Part shown: one piece after another, positions 1 through 13,671 of the stretch | How positions within the stretch are numbered: the stretch's first letter is position 1 | How the letters are laid out: every line of letters starts with the position of its first letter | Assembly: GCA_904063045.1 (NCBI GenBank) | Contig: CAJFCJ010000013.1 | Coordinates: 356,623-420,622, forward strand | Length of the DNA stretch: 64,000 nucleotides | Reading direction: 5' to 3' | DNA from: Dimorphilus gyrociliatus | Taxonomy: Eukaryota > Animalia > Annelida | Notes under the pieces: generated by a model | Told to the model about the DNA's origin: nothing | Database searches by the model: none | The model's input: only the letters and a program-made list of their open reading frames with translations | Translations under genes and position numbers: made by a program

Positions 1-121
1 GACCCCGGACAGCGCAATTCTCTCTGGACAGATTGAATAGACCTTTAATTTTAACATTAATACTAAATTCTTTTCATTGAATGTTTTGATCTTTTGAACT
101 GCAGATGGAGTTTTGATTCAT
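1..121 (-). CDS. Possible 5' end of a minus-strand gene running out of the window, divergent from the aldehyde oxidase
   Basis: ATG at 121 (MNQNSIC), a phase-1 GT donor near 99, an AG acceptor near 43, then an open frame (SLFNLSRENCAVRG) to the window edge. Too short to identify. Confidence 0.2.
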
Positions 122-239
122 TTTTTCGCTAGATGGCAGTGATAGCGTTTTATTTATGTGAACGATAATTAGTTTTATAAAAAAACCTTTCACTAAAAAT
201 ACTTGAGATTGATAAAAAAATTGTTGTTTTTTTTAAAAA

Positions 240-3200
240 ATGGCTGACAGCCGTCTAAATACACGTATATTCGATGGCGGTGAGAATAAAGACGTTTTAA
301 ATTGCCCGAACTGTACTTCCAGGTTCGATAAATCGTAGCTACGCCCCCTGACCCTTCTTTCAAAAAATACAAACTGCTGACTCTTTTCTACAGAATTTAT
401 CCAGATTGTCGAAAAACATCGACGAATGGAACCTATCTGACTACGTGCTTAGAATGTAATAAATCATTCAAATTTCGTAAAGAATCTATTCGCCGATCAG
501 CCATCAAGTTGTCCGTCAATGGAACGTCACACATTGGTAAAGCAAAATGAAGCAAATAGCATTAGGAAAGACTTTTATTAAATAAATTTATTTTTCATAT
601 CTATTATCTAGTTGACAACAACACGGCAGTCAGATTAAGCTTGAATGAATATCTGAGAGATGTTCTTCAATTGAAAGGAACAAAGGTTATGTGTAGAGAA
701 GGCGGATGTGGATGTTGCGTTGTTACGGTTTCCTATATAAAAGATGATAAAACCAAGACAGTCCCAATTAATTCCGTAATTAGTTAAAGCTGTCTTAGGT
801 TAATGTTTCTTTACAAAATTAACCATTCTTCAGTGTCTATGTCCATTATACTCGTGCGATGGTTGGCAAATTACTACATCGGAAGGTATAGGAGACAGAA
901 GAAAAGGCTATCATCCAATTCAATCGAGATTAGCGGCATGTAATGGAAGTCAATGTGGATATTGTTCTACAGGAATGGTAATGAACATGTACGGATTTTT
1001 AGCTGACAGGAAAAATCCTACCAGAGAAGAAATCGAGTCGACTTTTGATGGTAATATATGCAGGTGTACTGGTTACAGGGCAATTTTGGATGCTATGCAT
1101 CAACTTCCTACTGATATTGAGGTAAAATATTCTATGCATTGGGATAATACGACTGCTTATATATTACATTATATTTATTTGTTTTTCCATTCCTTTCACG
1201 TGAATATTTTAATAGGATTTAGTTGAAAGAAAATGCTCAGGAGTGAATGATTCGATTTTCATTATATCGTCGGATGCACAATGGATAAGACCGGAAAATT
1301 TGGTCGACTTGTTCGACTTGCTGAGTAAAAGAAATGATTATTCATTAGTTTGCGGTAACACTTCAAAAATTTTATTTGAAAACACAAAAAACAATCAGTT
1401 ATTTATCGATATAAGAAGTTTGCCAGAGCTCTGTCAAACGACGGTAAATTTCCCTAAGTTGTCTCTAACATTATTGTTAAATTGAGCTTGAAAATAGATT
1501 ACTGAAGATTTCGTAAAAGTTGGATCTTGTGTTACGATAAGCGAATTGACAACGATTATGGATAAAATTTCGGCCAATCAGGGTTTCGAGTACTGTAACG
1601 AAATTAGAGATCACTTGAAATTAATCGCGGGTTCTCCAGTCAGAAATGTATAATGAGCTAAATTCTAGACGCGTTATTGATTTTAATTTCTCTAAGTCCC
1701 CTTATAATTTTTATCGATGTTATATAGGTTGGCAGTTGGGCTGGTAATTTAATACTAAGACGTTCTTGGACTTCATTTCCATCTGATATTTTGACCCTTT
1801 TTGAAGCAGTCGGGGCTGAAATAGAATTTGGTTTGAATTACTCATTTTATCTATCATTTGTCCCTGAAAAAATTGTAGAAAAAGCCCTACTTCTATTATA
1901 GGTTCCAAGATTGAGACAAAAGTTTGCAGGGCATGGGAATTAATTGAGATGCCCGAAGCTGATTTGGATAAGAAAGTCCTCTTGAATGTAATGTTTCGTC
2001 CACTTAGCAAAGATACAAAATTCAAGTCTTATAAAATAATGCCACGTTCTCAAGTAGGTCAACCCATCCGCTTAACGAACGCGGACAAATTCAATATTTT
2101 TCCCCTTAATTCCCTTCTACGATATGCAGTTGTCATTGGCTTACGTAAACGCCGCTTTCTGCTCCGAATTCGATAAAGAAACACTGACGTTCCGTGGTAG
2201 GCCTACTCTAATATTTGGCGGCATATCAGAGAAATTTGTAAGTTATATAAATAATGTTGTATATACTATATATATACTTATTTTTTCATGTTTTTTTTTC
2301 ATAAAAAAAAAAAGTTAAAAGCCGACAAAACGGAAGCGTTCCTAGCAAATAAATGCGTGTCAGATACTACAGTTCTACAAGGTATAAATAGTAACTGCAG
2401 AAAAAAAAAGGAAGAACCTTCACTTAGTTCTATGTTCTTCTGCTTCAGATGCTTTTAAAATGTTAAGATCGGAAGCTGTCGTTACTGCTGACGAATCGTC
2501 GATATATAAGAAAGACTTGACCGTCTCCTTACTATACAAAGTAACGATAATCTAATTTTTTTATATTACTTGTCAAATATTATTAAAAAGGAGAAAAGAA
2601 TTTTTCTTCATATAATATTTCCCTATTCTTCTTTACTTATCATTCCCATTCTTTCCTCATTCCAACTCTCCCTTCCGCCAGCCCCTTTTCACCTTCTTTT
2701 TTTTCCTTTAGTATGTTTATATTCTTATTTCCTCTATTTTTTTCCCCGCCTCTCTTCTATAATAAAGTTTATACTGCACCTGGTTGGAGATAGAGCTGAG
2801 GCTAAATTGCGGAGCGGAAGTGAAATTCTACAAAGGGACGTTTCGTCGGGGACTGAAATATATGACACACATCAAGAATTATGGCCCCTAACAAGACCAT
2901 TACCAAAAGCTTCTGCCAACATGCAGGTTAAATTCAATTATATATAAAAATGTTTATATATATATATAAAAAGTGTTTATGTACAAATGACGGTTTTCTT
3001 TTAATCATTTCCCGTTATCTTGCCACCTTAGACGGCTGGAGAGGCGATTTATACAAACGATATGCCTAAAATGTTGGACGAGCTGTTTGGCTCTTTCGTT
3101 GTTACGTCTGTCGGAAATGCCACGATTGATAAGATTGACGCTTCGGACGCTCTGGTATACTCTTTTGTTTTCTCTGACATTTCCCTACACTATTTACTTA

Positions 3201-6200
3201 TTTGCAATTCTTCGTAGAATATGGATGGGGTTGTAAGATTCCTTACCTATAAAGACATTCCAAAAGGCGGTAAAAATAATAGCCAACCGAATTCCCCTGT
3301 ACCAGAGTTGGTATTCTGTGAAACAGAATCACAGTACGCCGGTCAAGCTGTTGGATTAATAGTAGCGGGTACGGTTGATAATGAACACACTATATAAAAA
3401 TTGTAAAGGGAATATCGTCTAATTCTTTTTTCTTATAGAAAGTCAGAGTATAGCGGACGAGGCGTCTAAAAGAGTAATTATCAAATATAGAAATCGCCGA
3501 CCAATTATTACGGATATTGAAAAGGCTATAGAAAAAAAGTCTTTCCATCCAAAACCCGGTAAAGATATCATAGTCGGAAACGCCGAGGGTAATGGAAAAT
3601 GAATACAGGTTATATTTTCACATTTTATATACACTGTGTTAAACAGAGGCTATAAACAATGCCCCAAGGCAAGTAAAGGGTAGAATACGGATCGGTACCC
3701 AATACCATTTTACTATGGAGACGCAGGTGAGTATATTAATCGAATAAAATGGCTCGTTATTTTAAAGAGGATTAAACGCCACGTATCTCTTTCTTCCTCT
3801 CCTTCTCAATCTTCTTTCTATTTCTTCAACGTATCTATAGGGATGTATATGCATACCCCAAGAAGAAAATCTGCTCGTCTATGCCACAACACAATGGCCT
3901 GATTATTCTCAACAAGCCATTTCAAATTTCGTTAATATAGATAATAGCAGGTTTGACCTCGACGTTAAATTAACCGTTTTTACTTTGTTTACTTGTTAAC
4001 TGTATGCCGTTTTAGAATTCGTGTTGAAGTAAAGCGTTTAGGAGGAGCTTACGGATCGAAAATAACTCGAAACCTTCAAATTGGTGCCGCAGGCGCTTTA
4101 GCCGCTTTAATCTTGAATAAGTAAGTATGGACAACTTGAAAATGAATTAAATGCTCTTAGTATTCATTTGATTTTCACGCTTATATAGACCAATTCGAAT
4201 AAGACTAAATTTAAAGACAAATATGGAAATGATAGGAAAACGATTCCCCTACGTTGCAGATTACGAAGTGAGGAGAAAGCAATAGTTGAAGGATGAAGAG
4301 AAATATTATATACATATATATATATAATTGTTTAGATGTATACTCTATATGCAGTATATATATATTTGTGTGCTTATATCATCCTATAATGTTTCTTTAA
4401 AAATTAATATATACATAAAACGCTTAACTGAACAGATGGGTTTGGACGACGACGGATTATTGCTTGGAATCAAGTGCATATACTATGCAGATTGTGGCTT
4501 TCTCGCTAATGAGTGTACGTCGCCTTCGGCCCTGGATTTTGCCGATAACGGTAAAAAAATTTGATTGCAAACAAACAAAACATAGACCCTTGTGTTCTTT
4601 TAGGGTCATTTATTTTTACCTTTTTCCATTTAACAATAAGTCTTATTCAGAAAAAAATCTATAAATATCGGATTTCTTTTTTTTCATCATTCATACTAAA
4701 TATTTGAAAATTCATGACATGAAAACTTTTACTCTTTCGCTTCTTATAACAGCCTACTTCTGTGAGAACTGGCACCTAGTTCCCATGGCTGTCAAAACGA
4801 ATACGCCCTGTAACACGGCGACAAGGAGTCCTTCCACCCTGCCCGGAATTTTCGTAATGGAACAAATGATGGAGCACGCAGCCGTCGAATTAAATATGGA
4901 TTCTACGTTTTTGAAACGATTAAATCTATATAAGAGCGGTCAAAAGACGCCAATTGGTATCACCCTCAAGAATTGCCTTTTAGGGGATGTATACTCAAAG
5001 CTATTGGATTGGTGCGAATACGATGCTAGATCGGCCTCTATTAGAGAGTTTAATGCCAATAATCGATGGAAGAAGAAAGCCTTGGATGTTGTACCAATGA
5101 AATTTGGAATAGAGTGGCAAGGGGTAAACTACGGATGTCAAGTAACTATTTACAACGGGGACGGTACAGTTTCTTTATCGCACGGGGGTATAGAAGTCGG
5201 GCAGGGCATAAACACTAAGACCATTCAAGTATGCGCTTACGAGTTAGGTATTGGGGTAGATAAGGTAAACGTTAGGCCTACTGACAATTTTGTTGGATCC
5301 AACTGCCAGGCGACCGGCGGCAGTATTACGAGCGAACTGTGCTGTCAAGTAAGAAAATTCGATTTAGCGTGCAACGCTAGTTTTTTAGCGATGTAAATGG
5401 ATTGAATCCGCAGGCCGTAATAAATTGCTGTAAACAACTAAAAACTAGGCTGGGACCGTATAGGAAGGGATCGAGCAGTTGGGAAGAGACTGTAAAGGCA
5501 GCTTATAACGACGGCGTTGATTTAACGGCCCGCAACTGGTATGATTGATGGAGTCACAATTTGACGTTGTTACCTAATCAATTCGAACGCTACAGGAATC
5601 GTCCCGAAACTTCGGATGCGTTTCGGTATGAGTCTTACGGAGCTACTTGTACAGAAACGCTTCTCGACGCGCTAACGGGCGTTTACCAGCTGACGAGAGT
5701 CGATATACTATTCGATTGCGGCCAGAGGTGGGTCATTTTCTGCATTCCCTTCCCTTTAGCCAGATGTTCTTTTTCACAATCCAATATACTATACTGATGT
5801 ACTGTTATATATTGTATCCTGTATATATATATATATAGAAAGATATATATTGGCGTGCACGGTTTTATTGCACGTGAATTTGAATAGAGCTTGTCTGTAT
5901 AGAATTAATCATACATTTCTACAATATGTACTGTAAATATGTAAATATAGTACTGTATATATTATAAATTTATACAGTATACACTTGTATATATATACAG
6001 TATATATAACTAGTATATTGGATTGATTAAAAAGAGGTTTTTTAGGTACAAGATTGTATTAATATATACTAGTTCTGTAGGCAAACTATTTAATTTACTA
6101 CATAATCTAATTTACGAACTCTACGCGTAGCATGAATCCGAAAATTGACATGGGTCAAGTACAAGGTGCCTTTGTTATGGGTCTTGGTTATTTCCTCATG

Positions 6201-6801
6201 GAAGAGATAAATTATTCGGCGGAAACTGGTCGTAATCTGTCGGCTAGCACTTGGGTACGTATGTGTAATACAGTAAATCGACCAATTGCCAAGAACAAAC
6301 GTTGCAGGAATATAAAGTACCGACTTCAAAAGACATACCTATTGACTTTCGAGTGCAGTTGCTCAAGAATGTGCCGAATCCGCTAGGTGTATTGAGGTCA
6401 AAGGGTAAACTTCTTCAATATTGTTATTCTAAACCACCGTGTATAACTTGCAAGCGTAAAATTATTCCATTACAAATTCTTTGTTTTTTTCATTTTACGC
6501 CTTCTTCCTTCATGCCGTTCCGCCCTACCGTCTTCCTTCCATATCAAACAACCCTACAGCTTGTGGTGAACCGCCTTTAACTATGAGTTCTTCGGCCTTT
6601 TTTGCATTAAAAAAAGCGATTAGCGAAGCTCGTGAAGATGGATCGTATTTTAGAATCGGTAATGAGTCAAGACATATCATTTCAATGCATCTATATTTAA
6701 TATAAGCTTTACATATTTCTTCTATTCGTTTAGATTCTCCAATCACTCCCGAACGGGCAAGAATCCTTAGCCTGATCAGCGATTCGGATATGAGAATATG
6801 A
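240..6801 (+). CDS. Aldehyde oxidase-type molybdo-flavoenzyme (xanthine oxidoreductase family), about 27 exons
   Basis: Spliced GT-AG model gives 2Fe-2S motifs [26 protein letters not shown] and GNICRCTGY; FAD domain [29 protein letters not shown]; Moco domain [44 protein letters not shown] and catalytic SKACGEPPL. Stop TGA 6799-6801, AATAAA at 6878. Substrate-pocket residues are of oxidase rather than XDH type. Confidence 0.95.
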
Positions 6802-7806
6802 TGAACGAAGTTAATTAACAACGGCCTCCGTAAGATGGCGGAAGGCAACCGACATTTACAACTTGAAATGTTTAGAAAATAAAAGCAAAGTTTGTATGAC
6901 GTCACGAGCGGCACCAGAAATGCACCAGATGTGTAGGTATCATCCCCAGCCAACCGTCGGCGTGTTTCTTATTATATGCATACATAGACGAAAGCTATCT
7001 TAAATATATTGATATGAATATGAAGGAATGAAGATGATAGTTAAAAATCTACAACTAAAGAGGGTATAATGAGTTAGGGATACACAGTGAGAAACTACGA
7101 AGCGCAGAAGAAAATAAAAAGCCTTCAACACACTTTATTTAGACTAATTGCTGATTTGCGAGCACGCAAACGCCCCGACAAACGTTCGAGCGGAATAATT
7201 CGGGCGTTTTGCCTTATCGATTCGTATTGGCGACTATTTCGGTCGCCTGCAAAGTCGCGATCGATTTTACTTCTTTACCATCGATTTCTCTACACAGAAA
7301 TAAAAAAAAAACAGAAGAATTCTCTCCTCTCTTCCTCTCTGTCTCTATGTATCACCAACAGCTCTACTCTTTTCTTTCACTCTTTTATTTTTTACTTGGT
7401 CTCTTTCTCAATTTCTTTCAATACCTTACTATTTTTAGTTGCAAATATAGTATCTACAGTAGTATAAAATTACGCACACTTTATAAATACAAATATACAG
7501 TGTATGATGTATATATAAAACTTTGAATATATATCATACTATAAGTTTATGTATATCACTTTTTTGCATTCATGGCTATATTCATATACACGCACACGCC
7601 TGTATTCTATAATGTCACATAATGATAAAAAGTAATTTCTACATATAAAAAGTATTAAATGGCTATATAAAACATAAAATAATATAAAGTATAGTTTACA
7701 TTTGTACTATGTATAAGAAGTACATGTCTTATCTGACTCACTCTCACTCTCACTCTCACTCGCTCTCTGTATACCACAGTTGGTCTATCGCTTGCTCTCT
7801 TTCCCC

Positions 7807-7828
7807 TTCTCTCTCTCTTACGCGCCCA

Positions 7829-7860
<32 letters not shown>

Positions 7861-7870
7861 GTCTCTCTCT
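7807..7870. repeat. (CT)n microsatellite
   Basis: Directly visible CT dinucleotide tract, interrupted. Confidence 0.9.
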
Positions 7871-8054
7871 TTCTCACTTTCTTTTTCACTTTATTTATTT
7901 CTACGTCTTGGCTCACAAATTGCCAAGCAATACAGCAAACGCAAATGTTGACCGATTCGTGCGTGACCGAGTGGCCGCCGTGCAAGCTTAACGCCTGACG
8001 AAAAACAATGCCTGAATAAGCTCTTTCAACTCGTCTAATTCGCCTTCTCATCGT

Positions 8055-8545
8055 GTTTCCACGGTAACAAATTCAAAAGAATAGCCCTAGTCGGTCGTCA
8101 CTCTAGAGATGCTCACACTGACAAGCGAAGCATGATTACGGCAGCAAATCGAACGAAACGGTCGGTCGTTTTTCTTTCCGACGTTCCCTTAACGCAATTT
8201 TCCGCCTTTCTCATACCTCCTTCCCACCCCCTTTCCCCCTTCCCCGATTTCTTTCGTTAGCGAGAGACACCACTGCACTACTGACCTCTCGTCGACCGTG
8301 TTATGTAAGACTACAGCATTTAGACTCTTATCACAAGCCCGCGCAGTTTATTTTTTTTTCAAACTCTCTTTTATATAATTTACTAAACGCGCAATGGCGC
8401 GCATTGCGATTTCCGATAAACCTCGTCACAGACTGGTTCAATCAAAATGATGAAAGGGTCTGATGTCGTACCGGCTACGAGGAACATATACCAATCTAAA
8501 AATGACGTCATTATAAAGGGGTTTCCTTAAAATGCGGCCAATCAA
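8055..8545 (+). promoter_or_regulatory. Musashi upstream regulatory region: RFX X-box-like site, CRE palindrome, two CCAAT boxes
   Basis: GTTTCCACGGTAAC 8055-8068; ATGACGTCAT 8502-8511; CCAAT at 8491 and near 8538; GC-richer than the flanks, 130-620 bp upstream of the ATG. Motif matches only. Confidence 0.45.
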
Positions 8546-8674
8546 CAACCGATGTTCTCTTACTCATACATATTCATTCGTCTTTGCGCGCCAAGCCGTT
8601 TAGAGTGGCGCAGTCGGACTCGCGCAGTCGAACTCGTACATATTGTATATTTTCCCTAGTTGTAGTTATCGTAG

Positions 8675-11600
8675 ATGGTAGTAACTATGAAGATGGAAGG
8701 GAATGTACAACCGTCGACGAATAACAACAGCGAAGAAGGCTCGAATGACCCAGGGTAAGGAGAATTATTATATACTGTGTGAGGATTGCTAGAAATCAGG
8801 TCACTTAGTAATGGCGGCTCGTCTTTGTGTTTTCGACAGGAAAATGTTCATAGGAGGTTTGAGTTGGCAGACGTCGCAAGGTAGGTTTAAAAAATGAATA
8901 TTGATTTTTATATTATCATCTACGATTCATGTCGAGGATGAGTTAAAAACCGTAGAAATGAAAGTAAAAAAATTTCTTATGGAACTCGATACCTGCTGCG
9001 CGCGCTTCTCGTTCTAGGCCTATTTCCTACGCGTGTATAAAGGAATGCATAGGCCCATGCTATTTTCTACTCTCACGCTCGAAAGTCAAAAGTACACTAA
9101 AGTGCAGTATTTATCTTTTTGTTGCAAATTCATACAGAGAGCTTGCGGGATTACTTTGGTCAATTCGGCGAAATATCCGAATGTATGATAATGAAGGATC
9201 CGATGACTAAGAGGTCAAGGTGAGTTGAAAATTTATTTCGGCGGGAGTCCCCGTCAAAAACCGGTCCAAGGACCGTGTTTTTTTGAGGATCTATATTCTT
9301 AGTAGTTACAAATAATGAGAGCAGTTTCTTTTGTGACTTAAATTAGTGCCTAGTTTTTTTTCACTGGTAGCCTGATCGTTATACGATATTTAGATGCCGT
9401 AGCATGATCACGCAGGCGCCCGTTTGCCCTTTTTGCTGTAAATTCTAAATTTTCTTTAAAAAATATTTATTTAAAAATTATAATGTAAACTGTAAATATT
9501 CTAAATAATAACAACAACGAAATAAGAATAAAATCTCTTCTTCTCTTTTACTCATTTAAGAAAATTTATTTTCGTAAAATAATGATAAAAAGAAAGGAAA
9601 AGGGCTACAGAGAAAGAAAAAAAAAAGAAACGATATAAAATTAATAATGCATATAAATAAGGATAAGATCCACTTACAGCAATAAGGGGACGGTGCGTGT
9701 TTTGAGTGGTGCCGAATTTTTTTTGCTTTCAGGGGTTTTGGATTCATCACCTTCACTGATTCAACTTCAGTAGACAAGGTTTTAGCGAACGGGCCTCATG
9801 AACTAGACTCGAAAATGGTACGCTTTTCCCAGGCGCTGCCATTCTTTATAGCGAGCGGCCGCATACTATTATACACTTATCAAAGTCTTGCCGTAGTATT
9901 TAGATTGTAAACAAAGCGTCGAGAAAAATTGGCTACAATTCCATCGATTAGTCATATTGCTATGCCGGATACATGAGTTTTTGGCTGCATTCTTTTTCTC
10001 TCTTTCATGTTTTTCCCTCATTATTCTTCCGCCCGTTTTGGATTGAGCGGATTATATGGTGCAGTTGATTAACGAAGCCAAAGGATTTAAAGAGGAAAAA
10101 GGAAAGGATGATAAATGAAACGATAAGGCTTATGGGAAAAGGAAGAAGGGGAGGTAGAAGGGAGAATTGGGAATAGAAAAGAAATGACAGATACTCGGCT
10201 CGATAATAAGATATTTGGTATTGTCCATATACTAAATTTCTTGGTTTTAAGTGTATAAATATTCATATATTGTTGCTTTAAAACAAACAAACAAGAATTG
10301 GTGCTCGCTATAAGGAATGCCCGTCTGCCGCTTCTAGACAGTAGTATGTATCAATAGGCGAACGATTAGGCCATTTAGGCGGTAATGGCAGGAAGATATT
10401 AGCATATTGGAATATTTTAATAAATAGATAATTGGCATTGTTTGCGTATTCCTGCCAATTTTTGCATTAAGTGGTTTTGTCACGTAGATTTTCGGTACGT
10501 AGTCGGATTAGGATCACGCCCAATTTTTTCTCTTTACTACTTTTTAGGCTGATCCCATACTGTAACAGTGGTCAGCAGCAAATTTCTCTTTCCTCTATGT
10601 GTATATATATATATATATTTATAAAAATGCATATTTAAAAAAACATAATATTAATTAAAAAGATAAAACGACACCATATACATGTGTATACTATATAAAT
10701 AAATATATATATTTATATGCATGTATATATATATATATGTATATATTTATATTTATATTTATGTATATTTGTAGATAGATAGCTGTAAATATATAAAAAA
10801 AAGAATAAAAATTAAAATAAAAAATATATGATTAATAATTAAATCATTTTTTTCTTTCTCTCTTTATTTCTAATCATTGATCTCCTTGCTAACGTTTTTT
10901 TTTGTTTTTTTTCCTTTCCATTAAAATGGAATAGATCGATCCAAAAGTGGCGTTTCCTCGCCGTCAAAATACCAGTAACAATCCAACAAAGGTGAGTTTT
11001 TTTCACTACGTACTCTCTGCTTAATTATACATGCGATATTAACGATATTGCCAATCATTCCGTTTATAATTAGACGCCTTCAACCCGTCGGAATGTCGAT
11101 AGTTTTTTTTTCAAGTTCCTTTTTTTTTTTGGTTTAAATGAGTACTAATAAGCGTTTTATTTTTAACGTTTGCAGGAAGGCGTTCGATAAAACGTTTCAT
11201 GCGACATTATAATTCTTATGCGTATATTTGAGAATGTATAACAAGCCATATGAAAGGCGATGCTTTACATATGTAAACATAATATATTAGTACATACTGC
11301 GCATAGAGATACCTATATATATATATAGGTATTATTTAATATAGTATGTTATATTATATGAAAAGTATTTTTTATGATAGAGAGTACATTTATGCACGAC
11401 AACTTCTATAACAGTGACTTATCAGTGTTGAGTTTTCTAAATTGATTTAAAATGTTTCAGATGATTACCAAAACGAAAAAAATATTCGTTGGCGGTTTAT
11501 CTGCGACGACAACGGTTGATGACGTCAGGAATTACTTCGATCAGTTTGGAAAGGTACAGTTAGATGCTGGTGCCGCCCCACCAATCGATATTACAGAGAA

Positions 11601-13221
11601 ATTTTATCGATTTCCCCCCCCCCCCCTCTTTTCTCTTGCTCGCTCACTCTTTTCGACACTATCTTTCACACTCGAAAAGAGAATTAACTGAAATCTATTA
11701 ATTTCTCTGGGCTGGATTTTAAATCTTTTTTTTTCTATAGTTCCCTTTTAAAAATCGACGTAAACAAAATTTTCTATTAATTTAATACAGGTTGAAGACG
11801 CTATGCTCATGTTTGATAAAGCTACGCAGAGGCACAGAGGTTTTGCTTTCGTCACATTCGAAAACGAGGATATCGTCGATAAAGTTTGTGATATCCACTT
11901 CCACGAAATCAATAACAAGATGGTAGAATGCAAAAAAGCCCAGCCAAAGGAGGTAATGATGGCGCAGGACGCTAGTAAGGGTTTTCCCTTTCCGGCCGCC
12001 TACGCGGCAGCAGCAACCCTTGGACGCAACACAGCTAGCTATCCTGGATTAGGAGCAAATTACTACATACCTGGTGCAGCTGGTAAGTCTGGATTATTTA
12101 TTTTTTTTATATATTTTACTTTATACTAGTTTTTATTTTAAAAAAAACAAAATCCCTTTAGAGTATTTTAGTTATATTTATGAATAACGTATATATTTAT
12201 CTATATTGATATATATATTTATAATTATATACATATTCATTTAGAAATCTGGTAGTGTTATTAATTTTTTTAATTTCCTTATTACTTTTATAGTTAAATT
12301 ATTCTTATTATTGACAATTCGTGTTTTTTGATAGTGAAAATGTCTCGTTTTGTTTATTTCTTTTTTAATGAAAAAAAAGAAAATTAGGCTTTATGCATAG
12401 AAAAATAATATCAGTTTATAGGATAATTAGAAAGGTGATACAATACTGATATGTGTATGTAGATGTATCTAAAATTTCATTATACCATTAATGTATATAC
12501 TGTATAGATATGGGATATTATTTGTATTGGATAGAAATAAGCCGAAAGAGTTATAGGATGTGATTATTTTAAGTTTAGGAAAATTACAAATTTATAGCCT
12601 AAATACGCAGTTATTCATACATAAGTTTAATGAAAAGAACGGGCCGTACATGATTTATGATAAAAAATCAACGATGCATGCGCTTCTTTCGGATTTGTCA
12701 CGCTGAAAAAACAAAAAAAGCGTTCCTTTTTCTGAAAAAAAATTTTTTTAAAGCGAAAATAATGGACAATTTCTGTATAACAACGCAACCTTGTACTGTA
12801 TATATTTGCAGTATATAGGCCTATATTACATATATAAAAAGAAACATAAATAAATAAGGTAGATAATAATACAAAGCGGAGAAAAAAATTTTAAAGAGAA
12901 AGAGAGGAAGTCAGTTAGAACGCGCATGCGAACCGCCCTATTAGCCCTTTGCCTGATTTAGCATGCTGTGTGTACTCGCCTATAGGACTAAACAATACGG
13001 TTGCGTCTTCCGGCCGAGGGACGTCACGGTTCTCTAGCGGCGGTAAGATGTTGCACGGTGTTTTTTATTTTGCTGTTGATGCAATATACGTAACATTTGT
13101 TCTTTATGTAAATGTGTGTGTCTGTGTGTCTTTTTTTTTCTTTGATTTTTCTTTAAAAAGAAAAAAAAGACGAAATTTAACAGAATATTGAAGTGTAAAA
13201 GCAATTTTAAATATATTGTAA

Positions 13222-13253
<32 letters not shown>

Positions 13254-13356
13254 AGATATCCATTAAAGGTATTTTGCAGCGTTTACAATATATTTTAACA
13301 CAAGACACGCTTATTTTCATTTCAATTTTATTTATGAAAAGTAAATTAAACAAAGT

Positions 13357-13392
<36 letters not shown>

Positions 13393-13634
13393 TAAAATAG
13401 GGATTTTTTTCTATTGTAAAATATGAAAAAAAGACTTGCAATCGATAATGTTACAACTAAATAACATACAAAAGAAAAATAATTAGAAATAAGATAAAAA
13501 TCTATTTACTTTTTTGGAAACACTTTTTTTTTCTTTTGAAATAGAAAAAAAGGGGGAAAAAATAGTTTTTTTTCGTCGTTTTTGACGTTGTATTATTAGC
13601 TTTTTAATTATATTTTTTTTGGTGTTATTTATCA

Positions 13635-13671
<37 letters not shown>

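Noticed and set aside
240-6801. Calling the molybdo-flavoenzyme xanthine dehydrogenase (XDH/rosy)
   Set aside because: The E802- and R880-equivalent residues and the NAD-site motif are not conserved.
10386-10457. Intronic miRNA hairpin (TGGCAGGAA..TTCCTGCCA)
   Set aside because: Only a 9-bp terminal stem; the inner arms do not pair.
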